A stretch of 64,000 nt of DNA from Lama guanicoe (Eukaryota). Made by a program: the position numbers and the translations under genes. Positions 58,701 to 64,000 of this stretch are shown here, piece by piece. The stretch lies in assembly GCA_013239625.1 (NCBI GenBank), contig MU054323.1:7987220-8051219 (forward strand), read 5' to 3'. Positions within the stretch are counted from its first letter, which is position 1. Each line of letters opens with the position of its first letter. The notes beneath the pieces were generated by a model. That model worked only from the letters and a program-made list of their open reading frames with translations. It was not told the DNA's origin and made no database searches.

Positions 58701-61700
58701 ATGAAAATCTTCAAAAATTGTTCTTTAGATGAATTTTAGGATCTCTTTCTCTTTTGGAGTTGGGACATTTTGAAAAGGCCATGAGACCTATATTTTGAAT
58801 CTAGAATGAGGTTAGGATAAGTTGGTTATCTATGGTGGCTTGTGTTGTCAGTTCAACCATAGCACAAAACTACTAGTTCTTTTGTAACAGTTTTTGAGCT
58901 CACCAAATGGTCTTTTAATTTGTCTTTTGTTTTTTTTTGCAAGTGAAATCAGGAGGGAGTATGTTCTTGTCAAATATTGATAGGTTTACATTCTTTTTAT
59001 AAATTGATTATAAGTTTTTATAAATTGTGTAAGTTTAGTTAGCATGATCATGAAATAAAATTTCTCAATGTGTATAGTATAGGACCAAATCCTTGACCTA
59101 TGCTGACTCTTCTCAAATAGCACCATATGGAAATTCCTGCCTGAGGAGTTGGATAGGCATTGGGAGGGTGTTGCCCTGGTGGGGTTCCATTTCTCTGATC
59201 TGTGCACTTTTCCACTTTGGCTCAGCCACATTGAATTTACTTCTGTGACCTGAATATGTTTTGCTCTTTTGCCTCCTCAGTACTTTTGCTCCCACTCTTT
59301 GCTCTACTGTTCTTTCTACTTGCAACATTTTTTGTACTTCCCATTTCATCTTTCAGTGCTCAAATCTGTCTTACAGAATCCTGTCTATGTCAAGTCAAGC
59401 TCTATGAATCTTCCCTATTTATGGCAGCTGGCAGTCATTCATAGAAGCCATAGACTTTAAAGCTCTGAAGGCCTTAGAGAGTATTTAAGTCATATCCTCC
59501 TCCTCTAAAGTTGAGGTCCTGTCCTTTTTGGGCAATATCTTGCCTAAGATCATGTAATTAGTTGTAGAACGAGGATGAGGATTGAGGGCACAGTTCAGAT
59601 GAGCAAACATATATCGGACCACCACCTACCTACGTGCTCAGAAACACGAGATACTCTGTGGCCAGTCTCAGTTCAGTCTTTTACTCTTAAGTTGTGATAC
59701 AGTAGCACTGTGAGGTGCTCTTCTAGTATATTTTGTGTTCATTTTGTTTTTCCTATTAGAATATAATCTCAAAGAACAAAGACCGAGTTTTATTCATCCT
59801 TTACATTCCAAGGGGAAGAATGAGACTAGGGGTCATAAGACTTCCGTTCTAGTCCTGGCCTTTCCACTTGGTAGCAAGTTATATAAATTTAACCTTTCAC
59901 ATCCTCACTTAACCTGACTGTAAATGGGATTAGTAATGTTAGTTCTGCGTATGTCATGAGATTATTGTGAGTAAAAAAATAAAAGAATAAATGTAAAAGT
60001 ACTTTGAAAACTATATAGTACAAGTACAATGTAAGTTTTATATGTAATAATGTTCTTTGTATTACTTGATTTTTTTTTTTCAGAAGCTATAAAAATAACA
60101 CCTTGAAACACAATTCAGTGTATGAAGCTATGGTTCCCTTCTTTTCTCCATGTTTGCTATTCGTTTTGTCTACAGCATGGATCCTCCAGTCACCTTCAGA
60201 TATTTTAGAGTTACATCCTAGAGTATTCTATTTTATGGTTGGGACAGCCTTTGCAAACATCACAGTAAGATTTCTTTCTTTTAAAAATCATAGTATTTAT
60301 AAGGAATATTTGACAAAACTTGATAATTTGAGAAACCTTACATAGTATTAGAATAAGCAGAATTTAACTTAAAGATTTTACATCAGAAATTTGAAGGAGT
60401 AATTAATAACCTCAAAGACAGAATATGCTGAAAATTATTTTATTTTTCCCTTGAAACCAGTAGGATTTGGAGACAGCTGTAGTAGTGTTTTGGATCCATG
60501 GCATAATTTAAATTTTTTGTTTTGATTGCCTGCCAAAGAATTCGTGGAGTAATTCCCTTCGACTCTGAATATTGTTAATAGTGTGGTTGCAGATATAATA
60601 ATTAGTTTAGGGAGCTTGAAAGGGGGTTTTGTGAGAGAGAAAACACATACACAGACACCCCCCCAACATGTTTTTTAATCAACTGATTTTTTTAATATAT
60701 ATTTTTATTAAAGTATAGCCAGTTTACACCGTGTCAGTTTCTGGTGTACAGCACACTACTTCAGTCATGTAGGAACATACATATGTTCGTTTTCATATTC
60801 TTTTTCACCATAAGTTACTACAAGATATTGAATATAGTTCCCTGTGCTACAATCAACTGACTTTTAAATTAAGAACATACAATTTAAAACTTTGTAATAA
60901 ATATTATACGTTTAAAAAAATCCCTTTCTCTGTTATAGTCCAGCAAGAGAGCAGATAGGGGTGGGGGAAAGGTAAGGATTTGTTGAGAAAAGATCCTGAG
61001 GTCCTGGCAGCTGAGAACATGTGCTGTAGCTCAGGCCAGGTTCTTAATAAGTTTTAATTTTTTAATGTAGCCACTGAATTCATGTTTCCATGTCTGTAAC
61101 ATGCGTTTACTGTCTCAAGTCATACTAATTTTATAGGGTTTAAAGATCTGAAAATATTAATGCATTGTATGAAAAGTATCTCTGAAAGAATAAAACCAGA
61201 TTTGAGTAAGGTGTTGAAGTAAAGAGAGCCAAAGAGGTTTTGAGATGTTAATATGATAATGCGACTTCATCACCATGAAGAAATTTAGTTGTGTGGGGTT
61301 GCAGGAGGCTCTTTTCAAAAAATTGTTGTCAGATATCATAGAGTCTTAAAACTGGGAGAAATATCTTTTATCCAAACTGTCACCCAGTATAAGAATGCCT
61401 TCTAAAGCATCCTGAATAAGTTATCTTCCAGCCTCTTCTGACACACAGTCTGGGGGTCCATGCGTTTGGAGGTGGGGCCACAGGTCCAGGCAGGCTCCTG
61501 GGCAGTTGAGAATTACTGAACTTAATAATATAATGTAAATATCTTAGCTCAAGTACTTGAATGCTTTTTTTAAATGTTGGAACGACTAGTTTTGGAAGTG
61601 CTTTGCTAATTAAATTTTCTCTCTCTCTTCCTTTCTTTTCTTTTTTCAAAATAACTTCAAGTGTCAGCTGATTGTTTGTCAAATGAGCAGTACCCGGTGC

Positions 61701-61844
61701 CCAACTTTCAATTGGTTGCTGGTTCCTCTCTTCTTGGTTGTCCTGGTGGTAAATTTAGGAGTAGCCTCTTACATTGAGAGCATTCTCCTGTATACATTGA
61801 CAGCTGCTTTCACTCTGGCCCACATCCATTATGGAGTACGAGTG
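33811..61844 (+). CDS. SELENOI: Selenoprotein I / ethanolaminephosphotransferase 1, coding exons 1-9 (365 codons; 3' partial)
   Basis: Exons 33811-33867, 48190-48258, 48722-48830, 51054-51128, 52524-52786, 53725-53833, 58619-58667, 60084-60264, 61662-61844 (1095 nt, all GT-AG, in frame). Begins [19 protein letters not shown] and carries the CDP-alcohol phosphotransferase motif [23 protein letters not shown]. Confidence 0.97.
34830..35610 (-). mobile_element. Old L1 3' UTR (L1MC/MD-like)
   Basis: ccctgttattgacatcttacatt, aagtccatactttattcagatttccttagtttt, ggaagaaagtcactatgcacagccctcacttaaggagtgg. Confidence 0.75.
37785..37867 (-). mobile_element. tRNA-derived SINE (Vic-1-like), short copy
   Basis: Reverse complement of GGGGAGGGTATAACTCAAAG...GGTTCAATCTCCAG. 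Confidence 0.8.
38911..39040 (-). mobile_element. tRNA-derived SINE (Vic-1-like)
   Basis: Same head and AAACCTAATTACCTC tail as the other copies. Confidence 0.85.
42161..42314 (-). mobile_element. tRNA-derived SINE (Vic-1-like)
   Basis: Same family; aataagaa flanks both sides (TSD). Confidence 0.85.
42780..43310 (+). repeat. Copy 2 of a diverged ~500 bp direct duplication (partner about 31695-32190), in SELENOI intron 1
   Basis: Same blocks in the same order and orientation as copy 1. Confidence 0.88.
44985..45195. mobile_element. hAT-Charlie DNA transposon fragment (MER58-like)
   Basis: gtaaagttttattggaacacagc...acagagaccatatggcctgcaaagcctaaaatatttactgtctggccttt. Confidence 0.75.
46948..47100 (+). 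mobile_element. tRNA-derived SINE (Vic-1-like) with duplicated 5' head
   Basis: GGGGAGGGTATAG tca GGGGGGAGGGTATAGCTCAGAGGTAGAGC; TSD aagtcttcaa / aagtgttcaa. Confidence 0.85.
48190..48258 (+). CDS. SELENOI: SELENOI exon 2 ([23 protein letters not shown])
   Basis: ttaacag| acceptor, AAG|gtaaga donor, 69 nt. Confidence 0.95.
48722..48830 (+). CDS. SELENOI: SELENOI exon 3 ([36 protein letters not shown])
   Basis: actag| acceptor, CAG|gtaaga donor; PxWxAPNxIT motif of the CPT/EPT family. Confidence 0.95.
50443..50734 (-). mobile_element. 5'-truncated lineage-specific L1 3' end with TSD
   Basis: cagtttacaatgttgtg...ataggttactacaagata; TSD aaacacaagc at 50433-50442 and 50735-50744. Confidence 0.8.
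51054..51128 (+). CDS. SELENOI: SELENOI exon 4 ([25 protein letters not shown])
   Basis: ttacag| acceptor, TAG|gtaaga donor, 75 nt. Confidence 0.95.
51335..51500. mobile_element. MER58-like DNA transposon fragment
   Basis: tgggccaaatctgacc...gaaacacagc...gaatagttgcaacagagaccatttggtccaca. Confidence 0.65.
52524..52786 (+). CDS. SELENOI: SELENOI exon 5 (catalytic CDP-alcohol phosphotransferase motif)
   Basis: tcgcag| acceptor, GTG|gtaagt donor; D-G-x2-A-R-x8-G-x3-D-x3-D motif. Confidence 0.97.
53725..53833 (+). CDS. SELENOI: SELENOI exon 6 ([36 protein letters not shown])
   Basis: ttccag| acceptor, TTG|gtaaga donor, 109 nt. Confidence 0.95.
55745..55798. repeat. Imperfect (TG)n microsatellite
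   Basis: Direct reading. Confidence 0.93.
58619..58667 (+). CDS. SELENOI: SELENOI exon 7 ([17 protein letters not shown])
   Basis: ctttag| acceptor, CAG|gtaaat donor, 49 nt, phases fit both neighbours. Confidence 0.93.
60084..60264 (+). CDS. SELENOI: SELENOI exon 8 ([22 protein letters not shown]...GTAFANIT)
   Basis: T-run plus cag| acceptor, ACA|gtaaga donor, 181 nt. Confidence 0.95.
60687..60850 (-). mobile_element. 5'-truncated lineage-specific L1 3' end with TSD
   Basis: ctacaagatattgaatatagttccctgtgcta; TSD aatcaactga at 60677-60686 and 60851-60860. Confidence 0.8.
61662..61844 (+). CDS. SELENOI: SELENOI exon 9 ([20 protein letters not shown]...HIHYGVRV)
   Basis: ttcaag| acceptor, GTG|gtgagt donor, 183 nt. 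Confidence 0.94.
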
Positions 61845-63349
61845 GTGAGTAATCTACAGCAACATTGGTTCCCTTTGATTCTTATAAATAGTGAAATGAA
61901 GGTGAGGGAAATTTTCAAAAGAAACTTGCTTATTATAGTAGCTGGAAGGATTTGGGGATATTCTCTAAATATTGGATAATTTCCAGGTACATAATTTCAG
62001 ATATTGTTTCTCTAACGAATATGTTACAGTAACTACAAATAATTTAAAAGCTGGATAATGATTGTGAGGAATTCAGTTCTTGTTTTTAAGTGAGAAGAAA
62101 TGTAAACCCTTTTCTTGGTGAATAGAATTATAAACTCTTGTGCTGTTAATTACTTACATGGGACAAAATCCCATTTGTTGATTATTTTTCTATACTTGCT
62201 TCTTTAGCTTCAGGGGCATTTTTATAAGGGGAAATATAGAAGACAGTAGATTTAAGTATTTTGCAAACTTCAATGTTCTCTTCTAAAGTAAGAGACTGGT
62301 TTCAGGACAAGTTGGGTAGGCTAGATATAATAAAATGAAAATCAGAACTGTGCAGTTTATTTTCTTTTCCCTCACACTTTAACATTCTTTTCTAGTTATT
62401 CTACATATCTTAGCATTGTCTCATAATTATGATTTCTAATTGCTGTACAGTATTCCATCAAGGAGATTACTTAATAATTATCAGTGTACTTAGCCATGAC
62501 TCAGTTATTTTTAATCATTTAATCATTTATTCCAGATTTTCACTATTATAAATAAAGTTGGGATGAACAATCTGGAATAATATTTTTTTCCCTCTTCATT
62601 TGCTTTTATTTTCTGAGGATAATTTCATAGCAATCATGTAAAATGATACTCACATTTCTGTGGCTTTTAAAATAGTTCTGTTGAGTATGTTTATTTTGAA
62701 AGGAACCCTGCTATGAGGCAGTTTGAGAGATGAAATGTCTTTCCTTCTGTATTGTCATACATATGTTTAAAACAGGGGCACCTGTCACGCTTGATAACAA
62801 CTTTTTGTACCTTGCATGTGTTGCTAAACTTAGGTTTCTTCCTTTAGTGTTTCTCCCCAAAGTAGCCCACGATTGTTAAAACAAAATAGATGAAAATAAC
62901 CATGATAAGTCTGTGAATTATGACATGAAGACATAATCATTTATGTTCTTATTTGTGCAAATTTAACACATGCTTTATACCAACACTCTTAGGCCTTTAT
63001 TCTGATATTTTATTAGCCATTCATGAAGTAGAACATAGTTCTCAGTGTCTTTCATAATTGTTTTACCTTTTTATAATCCTTCAGAAGTATATTATTAGAA
63101 AACCATACACATGCCAGACCAAACCAAAACACATTTTTATGTCAAATTACAAAGGCAGTATATCTTTATTGTTAAAAATCTGGAAAATAAATACAAGCTA
63201 ACTGAAAAAAATTCCAGGAGCATCTTTTCTATGTCTTTGTGCTCTCTTACCAGTTCTATAACTTCTGAACTGAAGGTAAAATTTGCCAAGCTGCACACAA
63301 CATTCACTTGAACTATTGAAATATAAACATTAAGTATAAGAATAGAAAT

Positions 63350-63503
63350 CAGAGCACAGGGAACTATACTCAGTTTTTTGTAATGAGCTGTTTGTAATGG
63401 AAAAGAATCTGAAAAAAAAATATATGTGTGTGTATGTATAACTGAATCGCTTTGCTGTAGACATGAAACTAACATTTTGAATCAACTACACTTCAATTAA
63501 AAA
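63350..63503 (+). mobile_element. L1 3' end fragment
   Basis: agcacagggaactatactcag...aactgaatcgctttgctgtagac...atcaactacacttcaattaaaaaaa; aatagaaat on both flanks. Confidence 0.75.
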
Positions 63504-64000
63504 AATAGAAATAAGTATTAAATAAACCTTATTTGCTAGTTGGCACATAAACCATGCTCTTGCCTACCCACTAGGGATACCCTAACTAATATGACCTAAA
63601 CCTTTCAAAATTTACAGATGTAGTTTTTATACTGTTTCATCAGGGTTAGAAATGATTACCTAGAAACGCAAAAAACGCTGAACATTGACTCTAACTATAT
63701 ATGTAAGTATTTGACCTGCTGGGTAATATAAGTCAGCTAATTGTATAATTTTTCAGTGGATTTGGATGTAACTCTGTGTGACCTGCAGGGCTCTGGGAAG
63801 ATTAGATTTCGGAGTTGGGTAGACCCAGGCTTAAGTCCTAACTCTCCCAGGGTAGTTCTAGTACTCATTTAGCCATCTAACTGCACAGCTATCCTAGTTC
63901 AGGAAAACTTCTTCATTTATGATGGTTTCTACCATGCCAGTAGATTATTGTCTCCAGAGGGTGAATTCTTAATGCTTGGAAAAAAAAAAAATCAGGTGCG

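Noticed and set aside
61845..64000. SELENOI final exon, Sec UGA codon and SECIS element
   Set aside because: I found no exon encoding the expected C-terminus before the window ends, so selenocysteine status cannot be judged here.
1..64000. CRISPR arrays, operons or other prokaryote-type systems
   Set aside because: The sequence is clearly mammalian (spliced genes, L1/SINE content, CpG depletion) and no regularly spaced repeat-spacer array was seen.

Overview
Mammalian genomic DNA, probably a camelid judging by the tRNA-derived Vic-1-like SINEs. It holds two head-to-head genes. (1) ADGRF3/GPR113, an adhesion GPCR on the minus strand. I rebuilt 13 coding exons by hand (13438 to 4813, 974 aa), giving a signal peptide, Cys-rich/Ig-like/hormone-receptor region, GAIN/GPS with an intact HL|TAFSILM site, and 7TM. 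(2) SELENOI/EPT1, ethanolaminephosphotransferase 1 (selenoprotein I) on the plus strand. Coding exons 1-9 (33811-61844, 365 codons) are present; the last exon with the Sec UGA and the SECIS lies beyond the window. SELENOI starts in a CpG island with NRF1, ETS/GABP, Sp1 and CCAAT motifs. The rest is intronic or intergenic DNA with L1, MaLR/ERV LTR, DNA-transposon, SINE and microsatellite content. I see no convincing wholly new multi-gene system. The most notable observations are: one CATG supplies the SELENOI start and an antisense ORF start resembling the human ADGRF3 distal first exon; an old ~500 bp direct duplication with near-perfect islands brackets the SELENOI promoter; ADGRF3 shows apparent lineage-specific changes (in-frame TAA truncating the tail, a GC splice donor); and an LTR-like insert points toward ADGRF3. 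Comparisons to human proteins are from memory and need alignment to confirm.
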